The notes under the pieces are model-generated. The model was not told the DNA's origin and did no database searches. It saw only the letters and a list, made by a program, of their open reading frames with translations. This document shows, piece after piece, positions 26,866 to 36,715 of a DNA stretch of 64,000 bases. A program made the translations under genes and the position numbers. Within the stretch, counting starts at the first letter, position 1; every line of letters starts with the position of its first letter. Where the stretch lies: NCBI GenBank assembly GCA_030055525.1, contig JASFYJ010000001.1, positions 26,616-90,615 of the forward strand, written 5' to 3'. Origin of the DNA: Archaeoglobales archaeon. Lineage in GTDB: Archaea > Halobacteriota > Archaeoglobi > Archaeoglobales > Archaeoglobaceae.

Positions 26866-27421
26866 GTACTATAAAACGAGAAATAGTTTTGGAAATGTCG
26901 ATCTCCAATTCATCGATAAAAGTTCTGCCATCGATAACCTTTAATACAACTCCTGGCTTTACTATTGGAGACAGACTGGATGGAGAAGCAATTACTACAT
27001 ATTCTCCATCTTCCGCGTTTATTAGAGATCTTGTTCTTGCAGAACACTCTTCACAGGCGGTGCAAAAATCTGAAACGAGTTCACATAATCTTGAAGCTAT
27101 CTCGTCGTTTAGATGGTGTTCAAGTTCACACGCCAGATGTTCAGCTACCTCATCTTCAATTCCGAGAGACTTAAAAAAGCTTAGAGAGAGATCATGAAAG
27201 CGTTTTATTTTTTTTGCGATTTTTTCCCCTTCTCTCGTGAGTATAGCACCTTTGTAAGGTTGGTAATCTACGTAACCCATCTCCTTAAGTTTTGTGAGCA
27301 TCTCTGTAACACTTGGAGGTTTTATATTGAGATGCTTTGCAATATCTCCAGTTTTAGCAGATCTTTTCTCTTTCGTCTGTATGTCGTAAATTGTTTCTAG
27401 ATACTCCTCCACTCTCTCCAC
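26849..27421 (-). CDS. DtxR/MntR-family metal-dependent transcriptional regulator with C-terminal FeoA/SH3-like domain
   Basis: [10 protein letters not shown]..., an HTH ([22 protein letters not shown]), and a metal-site region (ELEHHL). Confidence 0.8.
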   Translation of the reverse strand: MERVEEYLETIYDIQTKEKRSAKTGDIAKHLNIKPPSVTEMLTKLKEMGYVDYQPYKGAILTREGEKIAKKIKRFHDLSLSFFKSLGIEDEVAEHLACELEHHLNDEIASRLCELVSDFCTACEECSARTRSLINAEDGEYVVIASPSSLSPIVKPGVVLKVIDGRTFIDELEIDISKTISRFIVLKKLS

Positions 27422-27462
27422 GATGTCAATATTCTTTGGTGTTAAAATTGTTTTCGTAAAAA

Positions 27463-28815
27463 CTAAGAACTTTGTTTTTCAAATAGACAAGCTATTACGT
27501 ATGTCAGTACTGAAATTGTAATCACGAATGCACTGCCTGGAATAGCAGCTATGCTTACCTTCCAAAATACAATTGATGTCGTAAATCCTGCTATGAGTGT
27601 CAAAATTCCAGAAAATTTTCCTCCCCTATTCCAGTGGAAGTAGCCAATTATCAATGGTAGCTGACAGAGTAAAATTGTAGAAGACAAAACAGACAACTCG
27701 ACTATGTATTCCAACCTTCTTGCAGCAAAGATTGCGACGATTGCCGTTAGTATTATTATACTTATTTTCCCGACTTTTATTCCTCTTTCGCCAACTATGT
27801 CTCTCGAAACCATTGAAGATAGGCTTAGAATTATAGAGTTAGCCGTCGTTATTGAGGCCATAAGAATGCTTAAACAGACTAAAAGCGCAATCCAAGTTGG
27901 GACCATCTGCATCAATGTTGGCGTTACCTTGTCTCTATCTGATACATAGGGAAATGAACCATCCAAGCTTAAAATACGCAGTTCCATTCCTAAGAACGTG
28001 ACTATGAAAGTGTAAATCAATCCAAAAAGTCCGAAATATATCACCATCCTCTTCAAAGCTTTCTCATCTCTTGGGATGAATATTCTCTGAAAAACCTGGG
28101 GGTTTGTTAAAGCGAAGAAAAACCATGGTATTACAAGTGCGGCAAATCTTGTGTAGTTCCAGTAGCTATTTGGAACATATAAAATTTCCCCAAGTTCGTT
28201 TAATCTGCTGAAGTCTGTTTTAATTGTTACGTAGCTAAGAAGAGCTAAAGCAGCGAACAGCATAAAGAGTCCCTGTATAGCGTCGGTTAAAGCAACACCC
28301 CTCAAACCACCTATAAACGCCCATAATGCAATCAAGAAGGCTGCAATTGCTATACCTGTATAGAACTCTATTCCAGAGATCTCCAAGATAAGAGCTACTC
28401 CAATAAGTTGTGCTGAGATGTAAGGTACTAAGGCAATCAAGCATATAATGGCTGCCAATCTTGCAGTTTCTTTACCATACCTCAAACTTAAAAACTCAGT
28501 TGGAGAGACAACGTTGCATTCTTTTCCAGTCTTCCATATTTTTGGCGCATAAAATGAGAGTAAAAAAAGAGTGCCGACAAGATACATCAATTCAAAACCA
28601 GCAGCTCCTACACCGCTCGCATAGCTTAAACCGACAAGTCCAACCATCATAAATGCAGAGTAAGTTGTGGCTGCGTAAGTTAAAGCTGAAACCAGACCAC
28701 CTATGTTTCTACGTCCTATGAAGTAATCTTCCTGAGTTTTTGCACCCTTTGCATAGAACGCTATTGCCGTTCCTATCGCCATGTAAATAGCAAGTGCCAG
28801 GATAACCTCATTCAA
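27463..28815 (-). CDS. sodium:solute symporter family (SSS) transporter
   Basis: About 13 TM segments and an SSS-like N-terminal pattern (FIGRRNIGG..., GGLRGVALTDAIQG). Confidence 0.75.
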   Translation of the reverse strand: MNEVILALAIYMAIGTAIAFYAKGAKTQEDYFIGRRNIGGLVSALTYAATTYSAFMMVGLVGLSYASGVGAAGFELMYLVGTLFLLSFYAPKIWKTGKECNVVSPTEFLSLRYGKETARLAAIICLIALVPYISAQLIGVALILEISGIEFYTGIAIAAFLIALWAFIGGLRGVALTDAIQGLFMLFAALALLSYVTIKTDFSRLNELGEILYVPNSYWNYTRFAALVIPWFFFALTNPQVFQRIFIPRDEKALKRMVIYFGLFGLIYTFIVTFLGMELRILSLDGSFPYVSDRDKVTPTLMQMVPTWIALLVCLSILMASITTANSIILSLSSMVSRDIVGERGIKVGKISIIILTAIVAIFAARRLEYIVELSVLSSTILLCQLPLIIGYFHWNRGGKFSGILTLIAGFTTSIVFWKVSIAAIPGSAFVITISVLTYVIACLFEKQSS

Positions 28816-28978
28816 GTTCCCACCTCCTAAAAGAGATGTACAGAAGGTAGATCGCCGCTAGTAGATTCCAATACACAAAAACCAATATATTAGTATTTTT
28901 TGGAGCTAAAAACGGTAGTAACATTAGTACTACGACGATTAGAATTTCCAACAATCTTTTCGAACTTCTGTTCGGCAT
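28808..28978 (-). CDS. small membrane protein preceding the symporter (DUF3311/YhdT-like accessory subunit)
   Basis: Two TM helices and an 8-nt overlap with the symporter start. I prefer the internal ATG at 28978 because the TATA box at 29001-29008 is then at -26. Confidence 0.5.
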   Translation of the reverse strand: MPNRSSKRLLEILIVVVLMLLPFLAPKNTNILVFVYWNLLAAIYLLYISFRRWELE

Positions 28979-28994
28979 CGAACATGTGTTCGAT
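28977..28994. promoter_or_regulatory. 18-bp palindromic operator candidate between TATA box and start site
   Basis: ATCGAACA-TG-TGTTCGAT is a perfect 8-2-8 inverted repeat. The TATA box (minus-strand TTTTTAAA) lies at 29001-29008. Confidence 0.5.
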
Positions 28995-29145
28995 ACAAGA
29001 TTTAAAAACATTTCGGTTTAGAGTAGCTCGGAATACCTCGCGCAGCCTTTTCCTTAGACTCCACTGGGGATCAAGGAAGTCAGAGAAAAATACAATCACA
29101 GAAATGAACAAGTAGTAAATAACTTACTTAGTCCAAAAACAAAAG

Positions 29146-29220
29146 CGGACCCGGCGGGATTTGAACCCGCGATCTACGGCTTAGAAGGCCGTCGCTCTGT
29201 CCTGGCTGAGCCACGGGCCC
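29146..29220 (-). tRNA. tRNA-Arg (anticodon TCT)
   Basis: Hand-folded cloverleaf: acceptor GGGCCCG/CGGGTCC, anticodon arm ACGGC-CTTCTAA-GCCGT, T arm GCGGG-TTCAAAT-CCCGC. No encoded CCA. Confidence 0.9.
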
Positions 29221-29258
29221 AAGCTCTGAGCTCTTAAACTCTTCGACTTATAAAGATT

Positions 29259-31283
29259 ATGAGTGCAAGCAATGAAAAGGTTATCTATCCTTCTTCTGTT
29301 AACCCTACTATGAAGCTTGTGACTTGCGGTCTTCCGTATGCTAACGGTAAAGCACATATTGGGCACCTGAGAACCTACATTCCAGCAGATGTGTATGTTA
29401 GATATCTCAGAATGCTCGGAGAGGATGTTATTTTCGTTTGCGGAAGTGATTGTCATGGGACTCCGATAGTTGTAAACGCTGAAAAAGAAGGCATGACCCC
29501 AAAGGAGTTTGTAGAAAAATACCATGAACACTTTAAGAACGTACTTAAAGCAGTTGGTGTTGATTTCGACTTTTACGGAAAAACTGCCGAAGAATATCAT
29601 CATGAAATGACTAGAGAGATCGTAAGGAGGATGATCGATGGTGGTTATATATATCCTGCAGAGGTTGAGCTCGCTTACTGTACGAGATGTGATAGATTTT
29701 TGCCAGATAGATACGTTGAAGGTATATGCCCCTACTGCGGCGCTATGGCGAGGGGAGATGAGTGCGATCAGGGATGTGGAAAACATTTAGAGCCTGGAGA
29801 GATAAAAGATCCGAGATGCAAGATATGTGGAAATCCAGCATCGTTCAGAAAACAAAAACATTACTTCTTTAAGTTAACGGCCTTTAAAGAATTTCTAACT
29901 CAGTATCTTGAAAATCTGAAAGCTACTGAAAACGCTCTGAACTATGCAAAGGAGTGGGTAAAAAATTTGCGTGACTGGTGTATAACAAGAGATCTTGAGT
30001 GGGGTGTTAGATTTCCAGGAGATGAGAGGTTTGTAGTTTATGTATGGGTAGATGCTCCAATAGGATACATCAGTTTTACAAAAAAGGCATGTGAAAACAG
30101 ATGCGATTGGGAAGCTATATGGAAGAGAGGGGAAGCCGAAATTATCCACTTCATAGGTTTAGATATCGTCTATCATCACTGCATTTTTTGGCCTGCAATG
30201 CTTAAGGCTGCAAATTTTTCTTTACCAACTGCGATCGTTGCAAGTGGGATGGTGAAAGTTGAAGGAAAGACTTTTTCTAAAAGCAGAGGATACGTTGTTT
30301 GGGTAGAAGAGGATTATCTAAAGCAAGGATTTAATCCGGACTATCTAAGGTACTACATTCTGAGCTACACAAGTCATCAGAAGGATCTTAACTTCTCTTG
30401 GAGAATTTTCAAGGATAAGGTGAACAATGAGCTCCTTGCAACTTTTGGTAATTTCCTCTACCGTGTTCTTCACTTTTCATGGAAGAACTTTGGAGAGGTA
30501 GAAATGGAGGTTGACGACGAGGTAATTGTAAAGATAAAAGAGACGAGGGAGAAGATAATCGATGCTCTGAACAAATGGGAATTCAAAATGGTCTGCGATG
30601 CATTTATGGAACTTGCTGCCTTTGGAAACTCCTATTTCCAGAGCGAAAAGCCTTGGGATTTAATAAAGCAAGACAAAAATGCTGCAAGGAAGGTTATTTC
30701 GAACTCATTGCAGTTAGCGAAGGCACTAATGATATTTGCATACCCTGTAATGCCAGAAAGCATGAAAAAGGTTGCAAAAGCTCTAGAATTAGATTTAACA
30801 AGTTGTTCTCTCGATGATGCTGCTAAGATCGACGAAAAAATGAAAGTTAGAAAGCCAGATCTACCATTTGAAAAAATAGACGAAAAGGTAATCGAAAGCC
30901 TAGAAAGAATGATGGAAAACAGATTTAAAGAAGCTGAAAAAAAAGTCGAAACTAAAGAGGAAGAGATCGGCTTGGAAGATTTCAAAAAGCTTGACATAAG
31001 AGTTGGAAGAGTTTTAAAGGCTGAAAAAGTTCAAAAAAGCAAGAAACTGCTAAAGTTGGAGGTAGATGTAGGTAACGAAGTAAGACAGATAGTTGCAGGA
31101 ATTGCAGAAAACTATGAACCTGAAGAACTCGTGGGAAAAAGCGTCGTTGTGCTAGTAAATATAAAGCCAACAAGGATCATGGGGTTGGAAAGCAGAGGGA
31201 TGCTTTTGGCAGCGGATGTGGATGGGAAAGCTGTACTTCTGATGCCAGAGAGAGACGTTGAGGCTGGAACTAAAATAAAGTGA
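29259..31283 (+). CDS. metG: methionine--tRNA ligase with C-terminal tRNA-binding (Trbp111/EMAP) domain
   Basis: PYANGKAHIGH (HIGH), a zinc knuckle (CPYCG...CDQGC), TFSKSRG (KMSKS), and a C-terminal DIRVGRVLKAEKV. An alternative start at 29310 fits the TATA at 29248-29255 better. Confidence 0.9.
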   Translation: MSASNEKVIYPSSVNPTMKLVTCGLPYANGKAHIGHLRTYIPADVYVRYLRMLGEDVIFVCGSDCHGTPIVVNAEKEGMTPKEFVEKYHEHFKNVLKAVGVDFDFYGKTAEEYHHEMTREIVRRMIDGGYIYPAEVELAYCTRCDRFLPDRYVEGICPYCGAMARGDECDQGCGKHLEPGEIKDPRCKICGNPASFRKQKHYFFKLTAFKEFLTQYLENLKATENALNYAKEWVKNLRDWCITRDLEWGVRFPGDERFVVYVWVDAPIGYISFTKKACENRCDWEAIWKRGEAEIIHFIGLDIVYHHCIFWPAMLKAANFSLPTAIVASGMVKVEGKTFSKSRGYVVWVEEDYLKQGFNPDYLRYYILSYTSHQKDLNFSWRIFKDKVNNELLATFGNFLYRVLHFSWKNFGEVEMEVDDEVIVKIKETREKIIDALNKWEFKMVCDAFMELAAFGNSYFQSEKPWDLIKQDKNAARKVISNSLQLAKALMIFAYPVMPESMKKVAKALELDLTSCSLDDAAKIDEKMKVRKPDLPFEKIDEKVIESLERMMENRFKEAEKKVETKEEEIGLEDFKKLDIRVGRVLKAEKVQKSKKLLKLEVDVGNEVRQIVAGIAENYEPEELVGKSVVVLVNIKPTRIMGLESRGMLLAADVDGKAVLLMPERDVEAGTKIK

Positions 31284-31289
31284 AGTATC

Positions 31290-31832
31290 TTAAAATTTTA
31301 ATCCACTCAGCTTTTCTATTTCTTCTTTCATCTTCAAAGCCCTTTTGATCGTTTCTTCAGTCAACCACTTCATTTCATTGCTGCTCAACTCGTCAATTCT
31401 CTTCAAAAAATCTTCGAAGGATACAACCCTCTCTCCAAACACGAGGTTATCGGCAAAACTCACTATCTTCTCCTCAAGCGTTTCAGGTATATAGTCCTTG
31501 GCTTCTAATCCCAACTTTAATGCATCATCTCTCGACAAACCAGCACTGAAGTGCCTCTCTGCTATTCTTACGATCCTCTCCTCGAAGCCGGCGTTTTTTA
31601 AAATTTTTGCAGACTCAATGAAATGCTGAAAGGGATCGTTGGTTATTGCTCTGCCAATATCGTGTAGCAAAGCGCCAAATTTTATCGATTCTATATCCAG
31701 CTCTTTTCCATTCTTTTTTATTTGTTCAGCTATCCTTAAAGCAAGCTCAGCCACAGCGATACAATGCTTTCTCACTCTTTCGGGCAAATTGTAGTTGTTC
31801 CAAAGAGCTTTAACTTCGTCTGGTATTTCCAT
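31290..31832 (-). CDS. HDIG-domain phosphohydrolase
   Basis: LLHDIGR motif. Length is 180 aa. Confidence 0.7.
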   Translation of the reverse strand: MEIPDEVKALWNNYNLPERVRKHCIAVAELALRIAEQIKKNGKELDIESIKFGALLHDIGRAITNDPFQHFIESAKILKNAGFEERIVRIAERHFSAGLSRDDALKLGLEAKDYIPETLEEKIVSFADNLVFGERVVSFEDFLKRIDELSSNEMKWLTEETIKRALKMKEEIEKLSGLKF

Positions 31833-31835
31833 AGC

Positions 31836-32258
31836 TCAGTCTATACTTCCCTTAAACAGTACATCCATCTTTGAAAGCACAGCCTTTGCTTTTTCAATGT
31901 CATTTACTCTCATTATAATTAATGCTTTATGTTTTCCCGAAGTGAATGCGTAGCAGTACTCGATATTCACATTTGCATCTCCGAGAGATTTTGCAATCTC
32001 ATACAAGGCTCCTGGCCTATCTTCCACCTCGACTGCAATAACATCCGTTAAACTAACTGTAAAACCGGATTTTTTCAGCACTTCGTAAGCTTCCTGTGTT
32101 TTGTCAACTACCATCCTTATAATACCAAAATCTCCCGCTTCTGCAATCGTAAAGGCTCTTATGTTCGTCTTTACCTCATTAAGCTTTTCAGTTACTGCCG
32201 CAAGTCTTCCTGGTTTATTTTCTACAAATACAGAAATTTGTTTCAACATATTTTTCAC
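31836..32258 (-). CDS. tandem ACT-domain protein
   Basis: Two ACT-like beta-alpha-beta-beta-alpha-beta repeats. It lies directly downstream of the phenylacetate-CoA ligase. Confidence 0.7.
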   Translation of the reverse strand: MKNMLKQISVFVENKPGRLAAVTEKLNEVKTNIRAFTIAEAGDFGIIRMVVDKTQEAYEVLKKSGFTVSLTDVIAVEVEDRPGALYEIAKSLGDANVNIEYCYAFTSGKHKALIIMRVNDIEKAKAVLSKMDVLFKGSID

Positions 32259-32283
32259 CCCTTTTATTTATCTGTATCTGCTA

Positions 32284-33585
32284 CTATATTTTTCTTCTGT
32301 CGAGAACCCTCTTAGCCTTACCCTCAAACCTCTGTAAAGTGCCTGGGTTTACGACCTCCACTTTCGCCCATACATTCAAGACGGATTTTAGCTCATCAGC
32401 CACTCTTTTTTCCAGCTCTATTATATCTGAGATCCTATCCACCTTGAATTTCTCACTCAGCTCAACCTGTACTGTCATCTCATCAAGTCCATCCTCTTTC
32501 CTATCGAGGATTATCATGTAGTGTTCTCCAAGTTCGGGAAATCTCATTAATACATGCTCAACTTGACTTGGGAATACGTTTATCCCTCTTACTATGACCA
32601 TATCATCTGTTCTACCAAGGATCCTCATGATCCTAGGATGTGTTCTGCCACAGCTGCATTTCTCCATCTCTATGTAGGTAAGATCGCCCGTTCTCCATCT
32701 TACGAGAGGTAAAGCTTCTTTGCTTAAAGTTGTGACTACTAGCTCACCCTTTTCCCCTTCCCCGAGCTGTTCTCCCGTCTTTGGATCGACAACTTCTATC
32801 AAAAAGTGATCAGCCCAAACATGGAGTCCACACTTTTCTAGGCATTCAGTAAAAAGTGGTCCACTGAGTTCCGAAGTTCCGTATACATCAAACGCCGATA
32901 TACCTGTTTTCTTTTCGATTCTTTTCCTAGTCTCTTCACTCCAAGGCTCGGCTCCAAATATTCCAACTCTCAATTTTGTATCGCTTGCGATATCCACTCC
33001 CATCTTCGCAGCAAACTCGGCAAGATATAGCATGTAAGATGGTGTACACGCTATTACAGTACTTCCAAGATCCCTCATCAATTCTATTTGTCTTTGTGTA
33101 TTTCCTGCGGAAATCGGTAGTACTGCAGCCCCAATTTTTTCTGCAGCATAATGAAAACCAAGCCCACCAGTAAACAATCCATAGCCGTATGCTATCTGCA
33201 CAATATCTTTATTACTTACTCCGCAACTTACCAGACCTCTGCAAAGGCTCTCTATCCAGACGTTGATATCGTTTGTGGTGTACCCAACTACGGTCGGTTT
33301 TCCAGTAGTTCCGCTTGATGCATGAAACCTCACAACTTGGCTAAGCGGTACAGCAAACATACCGAAAGGATAGGTATCCCTTAAGTCACTCTTCTTCGTG
33401 AAAGGTAGCTTACTAAGATCCTCAAGGCTTTTTATATCATCAGGCGTAATCCCTGCTGCTTTGAACCTCTCTCTATAGAATTGCGAGTAATCGTAGACTG
33501 TTCTCACCAATGCTCTAAGCTTTCTCTCCTGTATCAGCCTTAAATCGTCTTGGCTCATCCTTTCTATGCTTGGGTTCCAGTACAT
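32284..33585 (-). CDS. paaK: phenylacetate--CoA ligase (PaaK / coenzyme F390 synthetase family)
   Basis: SSGTTGKPT AMP-binding motif, YGTSE and RTDDM motifs. Length is 433 aa. Confidence 0.85.
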   Translation of the reverse strand: MYWNPSIERMSQDDLRLIQERKLRALVRTVYDYSQFYRERFKAAGITPDDIKSLEDLSKLPFTKKSDLRDTYPFGMFAVPLSQVVRFHASSGTTGKPTVVGYTTNDINVWIESLCRGLVSCGVSNKDIVQIAYGYGLFTGGLGFHYAAEKIGAAVLPISAGNTQRQIELMRDLGSTVIACTPSYMLYLAEFAAKMGVDIASDTKLRVGIFGAEPWSEETRKRIEKKTGISAFDVYGTSELSGPLFTECLEKCGLHVWADHFLIEVVDPKTGEQLGEGEKGELVVTTLSKEALPLVRWRTGDLTYIEMEKCSCGRTHPRIMRILGRTDDMVIVRGINVFPSQVEHVLMRFPELGEHYMIILDRKEDGLDEMTVQVELSEKFKVDRISDIIELEKRVADELKSVLNVWAKVEVVNPGTLQRFEGKAKRVLDRRKI

Positions 33586-33685
33586 GCATAAAGGGCTCGA
33601 ATCGTGCTATTTAATTTTTCCCTCGTCATAACATAGCATGCTCATAGTAGTGAGAAGCTTTTAATACGACCCGTAAACTCCAACT

Positions 33686-34012
33686 ATGCTACCGATGAAT
33701 TCAAAGCAGATGAAAAAGATGATGAAGCAGATGGGCATCGACATGGAAGAAATAGAAGCTACCGAAGTCATCATAAGAACTGGAACGGAAGATCTGATTT
33801 TTAAGAATCCTTCAGTTACGAAGATATCTGCAAAGGGAGTGGAAACTTTCCAGATAGTTGGAAGTTACGAAGTGATAAAGAAGTTTGAGATCAAAGAGGA
33901 GGATTTAAAGTTGATCATGGAGCAGGCGAATGTTGATAGAGAAACAGCTTTGAAAGCGTTGAAAGAGGCAAATGGGGATCTGGCGGAAGCTTTATTAAAA
34001 TTGCAAAGCTGA
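33686..34012 (+). CDS. nac: nascent polypeptide-associated complex protein (NAC + UBA)
   Basis: KKMMKQMGIDMEEI N-terminus, NAC beta-barrel, and UBA tail (ALKEANGDLAEALLKL). Confidence 0.85.
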   Translation: MLPMNSKQMKKMMKQMGIDMEEIEATEVIIRTGTEDLIFKNPSVTKISAKGVETFQIVGSYEVIKKFEIKEEDLKLIMEQANVDRETALKALKEANGDLAEALLKLQS

Positions 34013-34013
34013 T

Positions 34014-34754
34014 ATGAAGCCACCAGTGGTATTGTATCATAAAAAAGGTAGTTTTCTGGTTGAAAAGTTTGAGGGGGAGCTTCATACTCATCATGGCATA
34101 ATAAAGCTCGATGAATTAAAAAATAAAAATTATGGAGACACAATTTTAACTCATCTTGGTGTAAAGTATACTATTTTGCCTTTCAAGTCTCCAGACTTCT
34201 TCAAATATTTTAAAAGGGCGCCCACACCTATAATGCCCAAAGATATCGGAGCGATAATCGTTTACACTGGCTTATCCCCAGATTCTTTCATATTCGATGC
34301 CGGAACTGGTAGTGGTGTGATGGCAGCTTATTTAGCTTACTATAACAAGTACGGAGAAGTTGTTACTGTGGAAAATAGAGAAGAGTTTGCCAAGGTTGCG
34401 AGGAAGAACTTTGAAATGGCTGGGCTAAAGAACATACACCAGATAATAGGCGACGCTGTAGAGATTGCAGACTGTTTCAAAAAAGAGTTTGATCTTGCAG
34501 TCATAGATATGAAAAACGATGTAGAATTTGTCAGAAAGGCGAAAAATATATTGAAAACTGGAGCTTATTTGGCGGTTTACAACCCCTACATCGAGGCAGC
34601 TCGGGCAGTCTATGAAGAGATGCAAAAAAACGGCTTCAAAGAGATAGAGGCTTTTGAAATGATAAAACTCGATTTAGATATAAAAAGGGTTGGAACAAGA
34701 ATATCTACAACAGTTTGGCATACTGGTTACATCGTCATAGGGCGAAAGCCTTAG
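34014..34754 (+). CDS. trmI: tRNA (adenine-N1)-methyltransferase TrmI/Gcd14 family
   Basis: PKDIGAII, DAGTGSG and AVIDM motifs in TrmI-like order. Confidence 0.65.
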   Translation: MKPPVVLYHKKGSFLVEKFEGELHTHHGIIKLDELKNKNYGDTILTHLGVKYTILPFKSPDFFKYFKRAPTPIMPKDIGAIIVYTGLSPDSFIFDAGTGSGVMAAYLAYYNKYGEVVTVENREEFAKVARKNFEMAGLKNIHQIIGDAVEIADCFKKEFDLAVIDMKNDVEFVRKAKNILKTGAYLAVYNPYIEAARAVYEEMQKNGFKEIEAFEMIKLDLDIKRVGTRISTTVWHTGYIVIGRKP

Positions 34755-34801
34755 GGAGAATTTCAACAATCAATATATACGCGCTTCCCGTTTAGTATGC
34801 T

Positions 34802-35347
34802 ATGGAAAGGTTAGTTTCTAAGATCCTTGCTGTTGGTGCTGATGTTAGCACAAGGAATGCCTTAAAGAAAGTCTTGAACTTTCTTGGAGAAGATGAAAAT
34901 TCTGTAGATTTAGTATACCTAGCTGTTAAAAATGTTGCGTTTAGGATGGATTGGGAGAGATGCGTTGTTAAAAAGAGAGCAGTATTCCTTCCACAATGTC
35001 TCAGAAGTTCCGAAAAATGCGAGGCTAAATTGAGTGAGAAAGGGTACCTATGTAAAAAATGCGGAAATTGTGTAGTAGGAGAGATAGTCGAGTATGCGGA
35101 AAGTTTAGGGTACAAACACATCTACATAGTTCCGGGAGGGAGCTTGGTTTTAAGAATTCTTAAGTCGATAGAATGCGAAGCTGTACTTGGCGTAGCATGC
35201 GTTCCAGAGTTATGTGAAGCTTTGGAAAGAATAAAAATTCCTGCCCAAGTGGTTCCGTTGACTAAGGCTGGATGCATAAATACTGAAGTTGATGTGAAGA
35301 AAGTTAAAGAAATTTTGGGGGCGGGTTTATCTGAAAAGGAAGATTGA
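34802..35347 (+). CDS. DUF116-family Cys-rich protein
   Basis: LPQCLRS...CKKCGNC...GVACVPEL...AGC pattern is typical of DUF116. Confidence 0.6.
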   Translation: MERLVSKILAVGADVSTRNALKKVLNFLGEDENSVDLVYLAVKNVAFRMDWERCVVKKRAVFLPQCLRSSEKCEAKLSEKGYLCKKCGNCVVGEIVEYAESLGYKHIYIVPGGSLVLRILKSIECEAVLGVACVPELCEALERIKIPAQVVPLTKAGCINTEVDVKKVKEILGAGLSEKED

Positions 35348-35363
35348 GCTGATCCTAGAAAAG

Positions 35364-35921
35364 TTGGATGGTTTTTCAAATCCGAAAGTACATCTTGAGC
35401 AATATGTAACTCCACCAAAGCTTGCAGCATTCATATTATCTCAGGCCGAACTTTTTGAAGATTTAAAGAAGGTTTTAGATCTTGGATGCGGAACTGGGAT
35501 ACTTGCCGTAGGTTCAGCACTGTTAGATGCAGAGGCAATTGGTGTGGATATAGATGGAGAGGCAATAAAAATTGCGAGAAGGAATGCCAAAAAGCTGGAT
35601 GTTTTCGTGGAATTCCTAGTTTGCGATGTTAAGGATCTATGTTTAAAAGAGAAGGACTTTACAACGATAATGAATCCCCCCTTTGGAATTCAGAGAAAAC
35701 ACGCTGATAGAATTTTTTTGGAAAAAGCTTTCAAAGTTTCCAAGGTGGTTTACACGATACATTCTGCCGGTAGCGAGGTTTTTGTAAAAAAATTGGCAAT
35801 TGAAAAGGGATTTGAAATAACACACCTGTGGAAGTTTCTTGTACCACTTAAGAGGACTTATTCGTTCCATGAAAAAGAATATAAGGAGATAGCAGTAGAA
35901 GTCTTCAGGTTGAGAAGATGA
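35364..35921 (+). CDS. METTL5-like N6-adenine RNA methyltransferase
   Basis: LEQYVTPP, DLGCGTG and MNPPFG motifs. Confidence 0.65.
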   Translation: MDGFSNPKVHLEQYVTPPKLAAFILSQAELFEDLKKVLDLGCGTGILAVGSALLDAEAIGVDIDGEAIKIARRNAKKLDVFVEFLVCDVKDLCLKEKDFTTIMNPPFGIQRKHADRIFLEKAFKVSKVVYTIHSAGSEVFVKKLAIEKGFEITHLWKFLVPLKRTYSFHEKEYKEIAVEVFRLRR

Positions 35922-36427
35922 AGTTCGTGTTGCCTGGAGATAGAATCGGTAGTAGTGAAGAGTTTTTTAAAGGTAATGGAGTTTATGAAGAACAAGGGGA
36001 ACTCTATGCAGCAATTGCAGGATGGTTGGTGGTAAATGACAAGAGAGTTGAGGTCAAAGGAATAAACAGGTTGGCAGAACTTGAAGAAGGAGACGTTGTG
36101 CTTGGGAAGGTTGTAGATGTTAGACAAAAATTTGCTTTAGTGGAGATAGATAGGAAAAAAGGTGTCGATAGAGATCTAGTCCGAAAGGAGGTTATAACAT
36201 TCATTGCTCCAAATCTCAGGGATTTTGTGGGGCTGCATGACGTTGTTAAGGGGAGGGTTAGGGGAAACAGACTTTTATTTGAAGACTCAGAAATGGGTGT
36301 TTTAAAAGCAATCTGCAGTTTTTGCAGATCAGAAATGATTTTTGAAGACGACAAACTTAAATGTCCTGTTTGTGGTAATATAGAGAAGCGGAAAATTTCA
36401 AAAGACTATAGAAGAGGTGTATGGTAA
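35918..36427 (+). CDS. csl4: exosome RNA-binding subunit Csl4
   Basis: N-terminal domain (PGDRIG), an S1 domain (GDVVLGKVVDV), and a C-terminal zinc ribbon (CSFC...CPVCG). Confidence 0.85.
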   Translation: MKFVLPGDRIGSSEEFFKGNGVYEEQGELYAAIAGWLVVNDKRVEVKGINRLAELEEGDVVLGKVVDVRQKFALVEIDRKKGVDRDLVRKEVITFIAPNLRDFVGLHDVVKGRVRGNRLLFEDSEMGVLKAICSFCRSEMIFEDDKLKCPVCGNIEKRKISKDYRRGVW

Positions 36428-36687
36428 TGGAAATAAAAGTCTTAGAAGTTGGAAAGGATTTTGCAAAGCTTCTGATAAAAGGTGAAGACCATACCTTTCT
36501 GAATTTGCTGCAGCACTATCTCGTGGAAGACAAAAATGTGGTCTTTGCGAAGTACCACATATCTCATCCGCTAAATCCTGAAGCAGAGCTATATGTAAAA
36601 ACCGTGGATGCCGCCCCACTGGAGGTAATAAAGAGGGCGAACGAAAAAATAGTTGAAGATTGTGATCAACTTTTGGGCCAGATATGA
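36421..36687 (+). CDS. rpoL: DNA-directed RNA polymerase subunit L (Rpo11)
   Basis: GEDHTFLNLL...YHISHPL motifs. Length is 88 aa. Confidence 0.9.
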   Translation: MVMEIKVLEVGKDFAKLLIKGEDHTFLNLLQHYLVEDKNVVFAKYHISHPLNPEAELYVKTVDAAPLEVIKRANEKIVEDCDQLLGQI

Positions 36688-36715
36688 CATCAGAACTCAA
36701 AACCCTCATCACTGT

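Noticed and set aside
29181-29786. A 201-aa ORF runs antisense to metG and through tRNA-Arg.
   Set aside because: It overlaps a tRNA and a strongly recognisable MetRS gene on the other strand, and its sequence has no motifs. The same reasoning rejects the other long antisense ORFs (for example 22947-23678, 46403-46864, 30632-30997, 36004-36354, 62682-63140, 19497-19883 and 39881-40357).
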